A stretch of 58,285 nt of DNA from the IMG/VR virus record IMGVR_UViG_3300021961_000113, positions 1 through 58,285 of that record; one strand, written 5' to 3'. The DNA is from a virus (Duplodnaviria; Caudoviricetes). Position 1 is the first letter of the stretch. Every line of letters begins with the position of its first letter. The notes under the pieces are model-generated. The model did no database searches. It saw nothing but the letters and a program-made list of their open reading frames with translations, and was not told the origin of the DNA. Made by a program: the position numbers and the translations under genes. Below, in pieces: positions 26,645 through 35,006 of the stretch.

Positions 26645-26646
26645 GT

Positions 26647-26955
26647 TTAACTCCTTGCTCGTATGGCGGCGGCGCATAACTTCGGAAGACCCTTGGTGTA
26701 ATACTTCCCAAAGGCTTCTTCCTTTTCATCGCACACTGCTGCACAAAAGGCCCGCTCTGCCTTTCGCCCTGCCTCGAAGCCTTCATGCCATGCTGCGTGT
26801 CTCTTTTCAACCCAGACGCGCTCCCTCTCTAGCGTTTGGCGCAGTTCATCAATCTCTTCTTGCATACGAGCCTGAATCATGCGTTCGCTGATCATGCCGG
26901 TTTGATGATCGGGGTGCTTCTCGCATCTTTCGCTCCAAGTCTTGATGTGTTTCAT
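26647..26955 (-). CDS. Hypothetical protein
   Basis: Packed operon; ERAFCA...CAAAIRAR module. Confidence 0.65.
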   Translation of the reverse strand: MKHIKTWSERCEKHPDHQTGMISERMIQARMQEEIDELRQTLERERVWVEKRHAAWHEGFEAGRKAERAFCAAVCDEKEEAFGKYYTKGLPKLCAAAIRARS

Positions 26956-27204
26956 TTATTTTCCCCTCGCGTTTTTAATACGTTCTTCAATCTGCCAATC
27001 CAGCTCTCTCAGCAGGTCATCGATCGTGTCGCCATGGCCGGTCGCATAGCCGCGGTCGATCATCCACTGGGCCACTTTCTGCCGGTTGATAATGGTCGCA
27101 AGCGAGGCCCAGGTCCGAGCATCGCCCTCCTTTATCTTGTCCATGAGCCCCGTGCTTTCCAGGTACGACTTTGGCTTTTGGTGCATGTTATGGTCGCCGC
27201 TCAT
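26956..27204 (-). CDS. Hypothetical protein
   Basis: WMIDRGYATGHGDTIDDLL motif common in proteobacterial phages. Confidence 0.65.
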   Translation of the reverse strand: MSGDHNMHQKPKSYLESTGLMDKIKEGDARTWASLATIINRQKVAQWMIDRGYATGHGDTIDDLLRELDWQIEERIKNARGK

Positions 27205-27587
27205 GCTTGACTCCTTGCTCGAATAGCTGTGGCCAAGTGATTACAGGTGTTCGCGTGTTCCATAACGATCCCGTCATGGTCGTCGACTTGCAGCGATATG
27301 CTGGTGAAGTTTTCGACCGCAATATCACAAAGCCTCGCGCAGGCCTCGCGCTCCCTGGCCACCGCCTCAGCGATCAGGCCGTCGATCCTGGCCTGCTCTT
27401 TTTGCCATTCTTCCCGTTGCTTTCTTTCTCGAGCCGCTTTCCACGCCTCGTTGTCTTTGTGCCGCCTGCGTAGCTGGCTGACGTACTGCTGCTTGTAGCC
27501 GGTCTTCTCGGCTATTTCCCTGGTCGTAAGACTCGGGTCCTTCACCATCTCGCGGACGGCGTAATAAAGCTCGGTCTGGTCGTTCAT
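27201..27587 (-). CDS. HTH-containing hypothetical protein
   Basis: LTTREIAEKTGYKQQYVSQLR HTH; EREACA...AIRAR module. Confidence 0.65.
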   Translation of the reverse strand: MNDQTELYYAVREMVKDPSLTTREIAEKTGYKQQYVSQLRRRHKDNEAWKAARERKQREEWQKEQARIDGLIAEAVAREREACARLCDIAVENFTSISLQVDDHDGIVMEHANTCNHLATAIRARSQA

Positions 27588-27799
27588 ATGCGCTCCTTGA
27601 TCATTCTTTTAATTCGTTCTGCTTCCGTCTTCGGGATCTGAGCGACGTCGATGATTGCGCATACCGACTTACGCTCCATGTCTAACAGCAGCCTTGCAAA
27701 GCGATCGAGGTCCTTCAGGTAGGCGATGTATGCCACGTCCTCGATCGTGTCTTTAAGGCCTGCTTCCGAGGCTAGGCGCTGCAATCTTTTAACGTCCAT
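27584..27799 (-). CDS. Hypothetical protein
   Basis: Start MDVKRLQRLASEAG after GGAG; overlaps neighbours. Confidence 0.6.
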   Translation of the reverse strand: MDVKRLQRLASEAGLKDTIEDVAYIAYLKDLDRFARLLLDMERKSVCAIIDVAQIPKTEAERIKRMIKERI

Positions 27800-27989
27800 C
27801 GTCGATCTCCACAGTGATCTTGTACTTGCGACCATTTTCACCCTCGACGCGGACGGTCTTCTTTGAACTTATGTATGCCCCCTCGGGCGTCAGATCCAAC
27901 TCGATGCTGGAGGGGTCCTTCATGAGCCCGTTAGGGTCCCTTTGCAGGGCCTCCTGAACGAGTATGGCTATGTAGTCGCAGTAGATCAT
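27789..27989 (-). CDS. Hypothetical protein
   Basis: Start MIYCDYIA overlapping the upstream stop. Confidence 0.6.
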   Translation of the reverse strand: MIYCDYIAILVQEALQRDPNGLMKDPSSIELDLTPEGAYISSKKTVRVEGENGRKYKITVEIDDGR

Positions 27990-28834
27990 CACTCCCCCCA
28001 CCCAAACTTTCCAGCGCATACGGGGCCAATACCAAGGTCGATAGATTCCTGATTGCTAAGCTCACGGCCGCAAGCGCTGCAAGATCCAAACTTTTTACCG
28101 TAAGCAATAGCTGCGGACTTAGGATCATGCGCGGCGTCAATAATGCGCTGCTCCTGTTCGGCGCTACAGTCACGCGACCGAAAAAGCTTGCCATTCAGCA
28201 CCTTGCCCAAGTAGGTCTCGCCCTCCTTGATATAGACGGCGCCAGCATTTGCGCTATTAGCCCCAGCAGGCGAGAAGACAAAGGTGTCGAGGCGCAGCCT
28301 GGGCCACTTGATCCCCGCGTCCTTGGCGGCCTTAAAAGCCACCTCGATAGCTTCAACGGTAACCTCCTTGGCTTGTGCCTTGGCTACAACGCGATCGGCC
28401 TCCCATTTTGCCTTACGCTCAGCCGAACCGATGGCGCACTTAGTAGCGGCGGCCAACTGCTTCTCGGTCAGCTTGCCCCACTTCTTAACGGCCTCGAGCA
28501 TAGACTTAGCAAACTCGAAGCGATTGGCCTGCTCGTTCATCCACTGCCATACAAGCGGGTTTTCCTGGGCAAAGGCCTCAAGGGCTTGCTGCTGCTTGCG
28601 CTCGGCACGGGCCGCGGCCTTCTGACGACGGGCGTCGCGCTCCGACTTTGTGAACTTAAATACGCGATAACCGACGCCTTTGCAAAGGGTGCAACGACGA
28701 TCGCCCGTCCAGTCGCCATAGCCAGTCCAAATGCCAGTACCCGAGCACTTGCCGCAAGTCTCGCGAATTTCGGTATTCGCAACAATCGGGGGCGCGTTCA
28801 AGATTGCGTCGAGGTCGTCTTCAAGGTCGATCAT
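27989..28834 (-). CDS. DUF6011-like protein with N-terminal DnaJ-type zinc finger
   Basis: CGKCSGTG...CTLCKGVG; C-terminal CSACGRELSNQESIDLGIGPVC; start ATG 28834 after AGGAG. Confidence 0.8.
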   Translation of the reverse strand: MIDLEDDLDAILNAPPIVANTEIRETCGKCSGTGIWTGYGDWTGDRRCTLCKGVGYRVFKFTKSERDARRQKAAARAERKQQQALEAFAQENPLVWQWMNEQANRFEFAKSMLEAVKKWGKLTEKQLAAATKCAIGSAERKAKWEADRVVAKAQAKEVTVEAIEVAFKAAKDAGIKWPRLRLDTFVFSPAGANSANAGAVYIKEGETYLGKVLNGKLFRSRDCSAEQEQRIIDAAHDPKSAAIAYGKKFGSCSACGRELSNQESIDLGIGPVCAGKFGWGE

Positions 28835-28904
28835 CTTAGTTCTCCTGTTTCTCACAGCAAAATTGCTGTATGCGTATTAGAACTGCTTTTTATCCACCTG
28901 TCAA
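28835..28904 (-). promoter_or_regulatory. Sigma70-type promoter plus conserved leader hairpin and SD
   Basis: TTGACA-N17-TCTAAT-N6-ACAGC AATTTT GCTGT-GAGAAA-CAGGAGAA. Confidence 0.8.
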
Positions 28905-28917
28905 GGGCCGAAGCCCC
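28904..28917 (-). promoter_or_regulatory. C(UUCG)G hairpin
   Basis: GGGGC-TTCG-GCCCT, between a stop codon and the next -35 box. Confidence 0.7.
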
Positions 28918-28922
28918 GATTA

Positions 28923-29300
28923 TTAGAATGAAAAATCGTGGTACTTCTCGCGCTCACCGAGGCGAAGGCCGCAGCCCTCCGACTTAACGAGGCGTTTGGT
29001 CTCTGGGTTCACGAAGTGCTGGACCCACTGGCCGCTCTTCATCTTGCGAAAGACCCGCTTGCAGTTGTCGGGGTTTTGTGTGTACTCGTAACGCTGGCTT
29101 TCGCTCAGCCCATTGCTGTCAACACGCTTGTAATCGTCGTCTTGCACGACAATGTAGCGCTTGGCCATGTTGACCTCGACAACCGTGCAGGGGTTGCGAT
29201 CGGTCCAGGAAAGCAAGGTTGCTGGCATACCAACGTAGGGCGCTGGTTCACCGTTCGTCATGCGGCTGTAGAGGCTATTGATAAGGCTTGCTGTTTGCAT
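28923..29300 (-). CDS. Conserved hypothetical early protein
   Basis: PYVGMPAT...WTDR.P.TV...YHDFSF; strong SD AAGGAGA. Confidence 0.75.
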   Translation of the reverse strand: MQTASLINSLYSRMTNGEPAPYVGMPATLLSWTDRNPCTVVEVNMAKRYIVVQDDDYKRVDSNGLSESQRYEYTQNPDNCKRVFRKMKSGQWVQHFVNPETKRLVKSEGCGLRLGEREKYHDFSF

Positions 29301-29346
29301 TTGGTTTCTCCTTTTCTCACAGGGTTGCTGTAGGGGCCGAAGCCCC
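29301..29346 (-). promoter_or_regulatory. C(UUCG)G hairpin followed by leader hairpin and SD
   Basis: GGGGC-TTCG-GCCCC-T-ACAG CAACC CTGT-GAGAAA-AGGAGAAA. Confidence 0.75.
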
Positions 29347-29354
29347 GAGTGTTT

Positions 29355-29564
29355 TTAAGCCCAAAAATTTGAAAAGCCATCGCCATATTCAGCGAGGATC
29401 TTGCGAACCTTAAGTTCTTGAGACTGGGAAAGCTCTCCATTAAAGTCGAACCACTTCAATAATTTACCGGCAAGGATGTTCTCGCGGCGCGGGAGACTAG
29501 CAACGATCGATGCGAGTTCGTCGATCATGGCGACTTGATGAAGCTGATTGGTGCTGATGTTCAT
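29355..29564 (-). CDS. Hypothetical early protein
   Basis: 69 aa ORF bracketed by a leader element and a UUCG hairpin. Confidence 0.65.
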   Translation of the reverse strand: MNISTNQLHQVAMIDELASIVASLPRRENILAGKLLKWFDFNGELSQSQELKVRKILAEYGDGFSNFWA

Positions 29565-29654
29565 TTTGACTTCCCTTATTTCTCACAGCGACTTGCTGTG
29601 GATAGGATTACAGCACAGTTTTTTATCCTCCTGGCTTACTTTCTTTATCCAGCC
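29565..29654 (-). promoter_or_regulatory. Probable promoter with two GGATAAA boxes plus leader hairpin
   Basis: TGGATAAA...AGGATAAA...TGTAAT-N7-ACAGC AAGTC GCTGT-GAGAAA; no canonical -35. Confidence 0.6.
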
Positions 29655-29958
29655 GACGAACGGTACGTTGCGCCCGAAGAACGCCGATCATGAGCGCTGC
29701 CTCGATCTGCAATTCCTGCTCGGTAACCCCATAGTGCTTGGGAAAACCCTTGGTTCCCAGTCCGTGAACGCCCGTCTTACCCCTATGGTGCTCCGGGCAC
29801 AAAGGGATAGCCTCGAAGTGCGTGGCCTTCTTACCCATACCGACCCCTGACCGAGGGTGATGGATCTCGGCCGGGGTTCCTGGTGTGCCCAAGTACGCGC
29901 AGAGAATGCAGCCGATCTCGGACAGGTCGTCGAGCCACTGCTTTTCGTTCTTAGTCAT
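29623..29958 (-). CDS. Ref-family (RecA-dependent) HNH-type nuclease
   Basis: GCILC...AEIHH.R.G.GMG.KA.H...IPLCPEHHRG; start MTKNEKQW. Confidence 0.78.
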   Translation of the reverse strand: MTKNEKQWLDDLSEIGCILCAYLGTPGTPAEIHHPRSGVGMGKKATHFEAIPLCPEHHRGKTGVHGLGTKGFPKHYGVTEQELQIEAALMIGVLRAQRTVRRLDKESKPGG

Positions 29959-30169
29959 GGGTATATCGCCCCAGGTTTTCGTAGGCTTCGTCCAGCTTTT
30001 GCTTAATACTCGGGGGAACTTTGGGTAACGGCGCCCAGGCAATAAATACTTGGCTCCAGGTTCCGATGCAGGCGACCCCTGCCGGGTTGAGCAGCAGCAT
30101 CTTCGAACCAAGCGGGGGAGGGTCCTCTTCCGGATCTCGCCATTCGCAAATGCCTGCTACATGCTTCAT
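29951..30169 (-). CDS. Hypothetical protein (DUF551-like)
   Basis: PPLGSKMLLL..G...G.W...AWAPLP. Confidence 0.65.
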   Translation of the reverse strand: MKHVAGICEWRDPEEDPPPLGSKMLLLNPAGVACIGTWSQVFIAWAPLPKVPPSIKQKLDEAYENLGRYTHD

Positions 30170-30249
30170 AGCATTGCCCAGGCAAGCACGGCGTATATCA
30201 GCCCGAAAGCTGCGCCACCTAAGACTAAGATTGTCGTGTCTGATTTCAT
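30166..30249 (-). CDS. 27 aa single-pass membrane peptide
   Basis: Read manually: MKSDTTILVLGGAAFGLIYAVLAWAML; ATGA overlaps at both ends. Confidence 0.65.
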   Translation of the reverse strand: MKSDTTILVLGGAAFGLIYAVLAWAML

Positions 30250-30482
30250 GATCTTTCCTTGTTGAACGATGCCCCGCACTTACCGCACCACCACCATGTC
30301 CAGCCCCATCCGTTGTCGTGGAACTTTCCCTGGGTATGGCCTTCCTTTTCGCAGTCCTCGACCAATTGCTTTCTTGCTGGGTTGTAGACCTTCCGGTCGT
30401 ACTCGGCCATAACCTCTTTCATCTTTTCTTGCCGCGCCTTGTCGATCTCATGCCTGCGCGTCCATATGTTCTTCTCGTCCAT
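30246..30482 (-). CDS. Hypothetical protein with C/H-CxxC metal-binding motif
   Basis: C...GH...WCGKCG. Confidence 0.65.
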   Translation of the reverse strand: MDEKNIWTRRHEIDKARQEKMKEVMAEYDRKVYNPARKQLVEDCEKEGHTQGKFHDNGWGWTWWWCGKCGASFNKERS

Positions 30483-30812
30483 TTAATTCTTTCGGTAGTA
30501 GTAGGCCCAGGCTCCGCGATCAAGGCGCCGCTTGAACAGCGAGGTCTTGCTGATCAGCCCCCTTCCCTCGAGCGCCCTTATCATCTTCAGGGCGTTTTGC
30601 GGAGTGCAATTGAACTCGTCGGACAGGTCTTGCAGCGACTTCCAATCCTCAAGCGCCTCGAGGTATGCAAACTGCGTTGGCGTTAATGGCCTTGGCGCTA
30701 CACGCTTGATGATCAGCTTGCCAAACTGCTTGACCGACTCCTCGAACTCGGGCCGACCAGAGATCATTACCCCAGCCTTTTTGGCAAGCGCAAGGACCTC
30801 ATGGTTGTCCAT
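30483..30812 (-). CDS. Winged-helix DNA-binding protein (LexA-N-like)
   Basis: LTPTQ...SLQDLSDEFNCTPQNALKMIRALEGRGLI. Confidence 0.6.
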   Translation of the reverse strand: MDNHEVLALAKKAGVMISGRPEFEESVKQFGKLIIKRVAPRPLTPTQFAYLEALEDWKSLQDLSDEFNCTPQNALKMIRALEGRGLISKTSLFKRRLDRGAWAYYYRKN

Positions 30813-31167
30813 GGTTCTTATCCTTCAGTTTGCCAATCTCGGCGGCGGCTCTGACAATCGCTCTGCGAGTTGCGGCTTTTGGGTCATCACCCTTTATTTC
30901 CCCGACCTCAATCATCGACGGGATATGTTGGGCGCACACATTTGCATACGGCACCTTCTCATCTGCAAACGTCCAGCCGTGGTGAATGCCGATGTCTAAA
31001 TCGACCATCAAGCGAAAAGCATCTTTGTCGTCGCGGAATGGACTCCATATGGACGCGCCGGACTCCTTGCCAACCCACAAAAGACAGTTCGTCTTCGGCC
31101 TGTACATCGTTGGTTCAACGTATCCCGCCGCTTTTGCGGCGTACCTCAACAGTTCTTCGTCCGTCAT
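30799..31167 (-). CDS. Conserved phage hypothetical protein
   Basis: ELL..AAKAAG, WSP..D..DAFRL, ATRRAIVRAAA motifs. Confidence 0.7.
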   Translation of the reverse strand: MTDEELLRYAAKAAGYVEPTMYRPKTNCLLWVGKESGASIWSPFRDDKDAFRLMVDLDIGIHHGWTFADEKVPYANVCAQHIPSMIEVGEIKGDDPKAATRRAIVRAAAEIGKLKDKNHGQP

Positions 31168-31613
31168 GTGTTGTACTCCTTTAGCTTGGCCTCAAGCAAT
31201 TCGTAAAACGCGATGGGAAACATCAAACCAACCGTGCCAAAGTCATTGCCCCAAGAAGCATTCACAAGACTTACGGCCTCATCGTAAGTTGCATAAATTT
31301 CTTCATCAGTTAGCTCAACCCATTGCTTTGGTGGTGCGGTGTAGAGGGGGTTGCATTTAAATCCCATTTCATCCATATACCGTTTACTACGGGACACATC
31401 GCCGCCCTCTGATATCCACGCCACCGGCTCTTGCTCTGTTTCCAGTGCTTCGTGCAACGCCTTCAGCAGATCCTGATTGACCTCATGCAACCGGCGTAGT
31501 TCGGTGGCGGCTTTGCGTCCGGTGTGGTTACTGATTCTGCCTTGCGTGAACTCGTCATCCAAAGCATCAGCCAGCCGCAAGACTTCGGGTTGTTTCATAG
31601 CTTCTCTGCTCAT
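31164..31613 (-). CDS. Hypothetical protein (QEPVAW...PLYTAPP mosaic type)
   Basis: Typical lambdoid accessory motifs; ATGA overlaps. Confidence 0.65.
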   Translation of the reverse strand: MSREAMKQPEVLRLADALDDEFTQGRISNHTGRKAATELRRLHEVNQDLLKALHEALETEQEPVAWISEGGDVSRSKRYMDEMGFKCNPLYTAPPKQWVELTDEEIYATYDEAVSLVNASWGNDFGTVGLMFPIAFYELLEAKLKEYNT

Positions 31614-31783
31614 GCTTGATCGTTGTCCAGCAGTTTCCACTCTTCGCCCTCCTTCACCGTCTTTTTTGCGTCGTTCATACCGCCCTGCCAGCCTGCAATA
31701 AAAGCCATGTAAAAGTGCCCCTTGGATTTGGGATTGAGCCCCTGGAGCCTTGCAAAGGCCTCCCAGTCAGTTTGCATGCTCAT
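31610..31783 (-). CDS. Hypothetical protein
   Basis: Start MSMQTDWEAF with ATGA overlap. Confidence 0.6.
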   Translation of the reverse strand: MSMQTDWEAFARLQGLNPKSKGHFYMAFIAGWQGGMNDAKKTVKEGEEWKLLDNDQA

Positions 31784-32112
31784 ACCGTCACCTTCCCTTC
31801 GGTGCGCAAATTGGCCTGCTCTGAGCGCCATACGTCCACCCTGGCCTGGGCGGCGATCAGCTTCCACCGAAGCTCCTCCTCGATCTCGACCGCGTCTCGT
31901 ATGCCTTTCAAAAGTTCGATGTACTCCGGGTGCGCGTAGGCGTCCCTTTCCTGGGCGTTAACGGTCGTCTCCAAGGATGCCTGCATGAGCAGGGCCTTCT
32001 TAGACTTGCGGAATTCCTCCAGGTAGATCCTTTGGGCCTTCGCATCAGCAAAGCGCCGACCGTGCGTGATGATGTAGTCGATCGCTTGATGCGGGTCGTG
32101 TTCAGTTTTCAT
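31780..32112 (-). CDS. Conserved coiled-coil protein
   Basis: QERDAYAHPEY...WRSEQAN.R; follows rusA. Confidence 0.7.
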   Translation of the reverse strand: MKTEHDPHQAIDYIITHGRRFADAKAQRIYLEEFRKSKKALLMQASLETTVNAQERDAYAHPEYIELLKGIRDAVEIEEELRWKLIAAQARVDVWRSEQANLRTEGKVTV

Positions 32113-32476
32113 AAATTCTCACTTTCACCATGCCTCCTATGGTTGCTCGGTAGATTCTTAGGTCGTCGATCTGGCTATCGTCCTCCCATATGCCTGCATA
32201 GGTCAGGGCGTCGAGCAAGCTTTTAAGGATGTTGTCCAGGTCTCGCTTTCTTTTGTCGGGCGGCCAAGCCTCGATCTCGACCCTCAAGCGGCCGGTATGC
32301 AGCTTGCGCTTGGTAGCAACGAGGCCTTGAACCGCGGTCCGGTATATCTGACCTTCCTTGGCGACGTAAACGATCGTCGTGCCGCCCTTAGTCGCATGCC
32401 GCCAGTAGGTGTTAACGGTCGGCGGCCAGGGCAGCGAGACTTCAAAAGTCGGGGTTGAATCGGTAGGGGTTTGCAC
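32102..32476 (-). CDS. rusA: RusA Holliday junction resolvase
   Basis: LPWPPTVNTYWR, PPDKRKRDLDNILKSLLDAL, DDSQID; GTG start after GGAGG. Confidence 0.92.
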   Translation of the reverse strand: MQTPTDSTPTFEVSLPWPPTVNTYWRHATKGGTTIVYVAKEGQIYRTAVQGLVATKRKLHTGRLRVEIEAWPPDKRKRDLDNILKSLLDALTYAGIWEDDSQIDDLRIYRATIGGMVKVRIYEN

Positions 32477-33347
32477 CGGCAGCCTCCACAAATTGCTGGG
32501 ATTGAGCATGGAACCAGAGCCTTAACCGGGGCTCCGACTCACCGTTTCTTTGCTTCTCGCACAAGAGCATGGCGTCGGGCTCGTCCATTTGAACGGGCTG
32601 ACCAGCTTCCTGTAGGCGTTCTTTTTTCTTATTGCGCCAGACCATCCAGACGTTATCCACTTGGTCGGCAATCGAGCCTGAGCCCTTCATGTCGACCTTC
32701 TGCGGGACCTGCTCGTCGGTCTGTCCCTTGCGGATATGGTGGACAAGGTGGACATGCAGCCCTGTATCGCGTGCAAGGTTTGTGCAGTCCGAGACAAAGT
32801 CCTTTTGCGCATTGAAGTCGTCTTCGCCTGCAACGCACTTCATGAGCGAGTCAATGAAGTAATCCTGGATCTTGTACTGCGTTGCAGCAAAGTGCCCGAC
32901 CCCAATGACCGCCTTGCGATTGACCTCGCCCTGCTTGTCGTAAAACCACAGCTTATCGCCGACCCAGCGCGAAAAATCCTCGTACTGCTCGACAGTGGGG
33001 GACCTAGAGTTCGTGAACTGCCGAACCATTCGGGTCAGGGTCGTGACCGGCTTCATCTCGAAGCTTGCAATCAACGCCTTCCTGCCCTGGCTGATCAGGT
33101 TCAGCGCGATCATGCCGGTGATCAGGGACTTGCCCGAGCCATTGTTCCCAGCGTAGACCGTGACCTCGGCATCGCGAAAGGCAAAGCGATCCTTAAGCTT
33201 GGCCCAGGGCATGAGAACGGGCTTGGGAGGGTCGGACCTCAGCAGTTCAATTGCCTCGCTGATCACGTCCTTGGCAGGCTTGACCGTAACGGCCGCCTCC
33301 ATCTGGTGGTACCACTCCAGATAATCGACTTCGGGCATCGGGTTCAT
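32442..33347 (-). CDS. DnaB-like (SF4) replicative helicase without primase domain
   Basis: Walker A AGNNGSGKS, SFEM, YFIDSL, HLVHHIRK, KGSGSIADQVDN, KQRNG. Confidence 0.9.
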   Translation of the reverse strand: MNPMPEVDYLEWYHQMEAAVTVKPAKDVISEAIELLRSDPPKPVLMPWAKLKDRFAFRDAEVTVYAGNNGSGKSLITGMIALNLISQGRKALIASFEMKPVTTLTRMVRQFTNSRSPTVEQYEDFSRWVGDKLWFYDKQGEVNRKAVIGVGHFAATQYKIQDYFIDSLMKCVAGEDDFNAQKDFVSDCTNLARDTGLHVHLVHHIRKGQTDEQVPQKVDMKGSGSIADQVDNVWMVWRNKKKERLQEAGQPVQMDEPDAMLLCEKQRNGESEPRLRLWFHAQSQQFVEAAGANPYRFNPDF

Positions 33348-33640
33348 GCGTCCACCTCCGAGTCCCAAATAAGGGCTGGGGACGTTTCTTCGTAGGTGGC
33401 GATGATTCGGGCTGCACCACAAAGCTTTAACGCCTCCACGGCCCTAAAAACGGCCTCAGAATCGATTCCCTGAACGTAGACCCTTAGGCCTCGAGCCCAG
33501 CGGTAGTCGCGGTCGGACGGGGACGAGACCACGACCGGGATCGGCAGGGTCGGATCGGGGGGGCCAGAGAAGTCCACGAACACGGCGCGGGGCGGGACCT
33601 TTTTTAGCTGGCAAGCAATCACGAATTCCTGGCCCTTCAT
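33344..33640 (-). CDS. Hypothetical protein between initiator and helicase
   Basis: ATGA overlaps on both sides; D.RW..GL.V motif. Confidence 0.7.
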   Translation of the reverse strand: MKGQEFVIACQLKKVPPRAVFVDFSGPPDPTLPIPVVVSSPSDRDYRWARGLRVYVQGIDSEAVFRAVEALKLCGAARIIATYEETSPALIWDSEVDA

Positions 33641-34308
33641 AGCGCACCTGCGAATTGGTCAAGGGGCTTGGGACCCTTTTTATCCTTGAGCCATTCAGCT
33701 TCGAACCCGCGCCAGTTCTTTTCAACGCAAAGCTTCAGGACCTCCTCGACGGTCAGATTGGCTTTTACGGATTCCACGATGATCTTGGCCAGGGCGGTTT
33801 TCGTAATCGGCGCGTTATGGGCCTTACGAACCATCAAGAAGTCGGACCAGATCTGATCGGACACTTCATCAGGCTTGCCTGCAAGCCCTTTGTCTTTATT
33901 GGTTCTTGGTTCTTGGTTCTTGGTTGGGATCTGATTCGCATCTGATTTCAGATCTGATTTCAGATTCTTTCCAGATCCCCATCTGATCTGATTCGCACGC
34001 TTTGCAGACGCTGCCTTGCCTTGGTACTTACGAATCTCGTCCTCGATCCTCTGATGCGTATGTGATTTCAGATCTGAATCGTATGTGAAATAGATCTGAA
34101 CCAGACTCCGAACGCAATCCTCCTTGCCTCGTGCTCCGATCTTGAAAGCAAGGCTTGGAATATCGTCCGGCAGCGGCTTTTCGGTGTCGTAGTACAGCCA
34201 AATAAGCCGAAGGTAGTAGTAGGACTCTTCGGGGGTTAAGGACGAGGTGTCCTTCAAAAAGTCCCCGATATGGTGGGGATAAAAGTGCATACCTAAACCT
34301 TTCTTCAT
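33637..34308 (-). CDS. Replication initiator, YdaU/DUF1376 family
   Basis: HFYPHHIGDF...LT.EE...YLRLI..YYDTEKPLP; NQEPRT linker; C-terminal W.DF..VRK...WRGF.AEW; alternative start at 34290. Confidence 0.85.
   Translation of the reverse strand: MKKGLGMHFYPHHIGDFLKDTSSLTPEESYYYLRLIWLYYDTEKPLPDDIPSLAFKIGARGKEDCVRSLVQIYFTYDSDLKSHTHQRIEDEIRKYQGKAASAKRANQIRWGSGKNLKSDLKSDANQIPTKNQEPRTNKDKGLAGKPDEVSDQIWSDFLMVRKAHNAPITKTALAKIIVESVKANLTVEEVLKLCVEKNWRGFEAEWLKDKKGPKPLDQFAGAL
33899..34101. repeat. Putative replication origin (iterons inside the initiator gene)
   Basis: TTGGTTC x~4, then clustered TCTGATTTCAGA / AGATCTGA / GATCTGATTCGCA repeats. Confidence 0.65.
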
Positions 34309-34329
34309 AAGGTCGTCTTCACTGAGATT

Positions 34330-34385
34330 GGGCGTAGGCAGGCGGGTGAAGAGACCGCTTTTCGGGAGCTACCCTAGCCATGCCC
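34330..34385 (-). ncRNA. c4-2-like structured RNA (three-way junction) upstream of the initiator
   Basis: GGC-TA-GGG TAGCT CCC-GAAAA-GCGG TCTCTTCAC CCGC-CT-GCC with an outer GGGC/GCCC stem; loop complementary to nearby GTGAAGA. Confidence 0.7.
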
Positions 34386-34397
34386 GTTGAATGGTAC

Positions 34398-34673
34398 TTA
34401 GTGTGCTGTTGGTTTGCAATCGGTCAAAGCGGTTCGGACTGCGTTGCTGATATCGCTGACGATCTCCTCAAGGCCCTTATAACCGCGGCGCTCGTACTCT
34501 TGCGTGCAATTTATCAACAGCATGTTCAAGGCCGAATATTGAAAAACCATAGCTGCAAAATCGTCGCTCGTTGCCTCCGAAAGCTTTTCAATGTTCTCGA
34601 GCGTGCGGTCGATAAGCACATCAGCGTACTGAACCACCTGCTGGTACTTCTCTTCTAAATTTTCAGTGGCCAT
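34398..34673 (-). CDS. Hypothetical protein
   Basis: Helical 91 aa ORF overlapping the cro-like gene. Confidence 0.6.
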   Translation of the reverse strand: MATENLEEKYQQVVQYADVLIDRTLENIEKLSEATSDDFAAMVFQYSALNMLLINCTQEYERRGYKGLEEIVSDISNAVRTALTDCKPTAH

Positions 34674-34834
34674 ACCACCCCCTTCTCGTGTAGTCGCGGC
34701 ATGAGCATCATGAGCCGATGCAGCGGGATCTTCCCCGTCTTAATGTAATGGTGGACCGTGCTTGGAGCCACCCCCAGGTACCGAGCTACCGCCCTGGTAC
34801 CGCCTAGCGTCTTGATCATTTCTCTCGTGTCCAT
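34655..34834 (-). CDS. Cro-like HTH regulator (59 aa)
   Basis: Read manually: MDTREMIKTLGGTRAVARYLGVAPSTVHHYIKTGKIPLHRL... Confidence 0.8.
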   Translation of the reverse strand: MDTREMIKTLGGTRAVARYLGVAPSTVHHYIKTGKIPLHRLMMLMPRLHEKGVVWPLKI

Positions 34835-34869
34835 ACCGTTAGATTAACCGAACGGCAACGGTTACGCAA
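34835..34869 (-). promoter_or_regulatory. Leftward promoter, probably giving a leaderless cro-like mRNA
   Basis: TTGCGT-N17-TAATCT-N6-ATG, no SD. Confidence 0.6.
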
Positions 34870-34998
34870 CCCAGGGTTTCAACGGTTACAAACAGTGGCG
34901 AAGATTCAGGCATACAGTGGCGAACATAGGTGTGAACAGTGGTGAACATAGGGGTGGACAGTGGTGGACAGTAATGGACACCCGTAACCCAGGGTTGC
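34866..34998. repeat. Two AACCCAGGGTT palindromes flanking short ACAGTGG direct repeats
   Basis: Palindromes at 34868-34878 and 34986-34996; ACAGTGG x4 and GAACATAGG x2 between them. Confidence 0.75.
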
Positions 34999-35006
34999 AA
35001 TACCGC

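Noticed and set aside
28127-28987. Long plus-strand ORF (also 6134..6811, 9250..9855, 24806..25420, 32736..33395)
   Set aside because: Antisense to well-supported genes; no motifs or SD.
34890-34980. Mini CRISPR array
   Set aside because: Repeats are only 6-11 bp with irregular short spacing; no cas genes.
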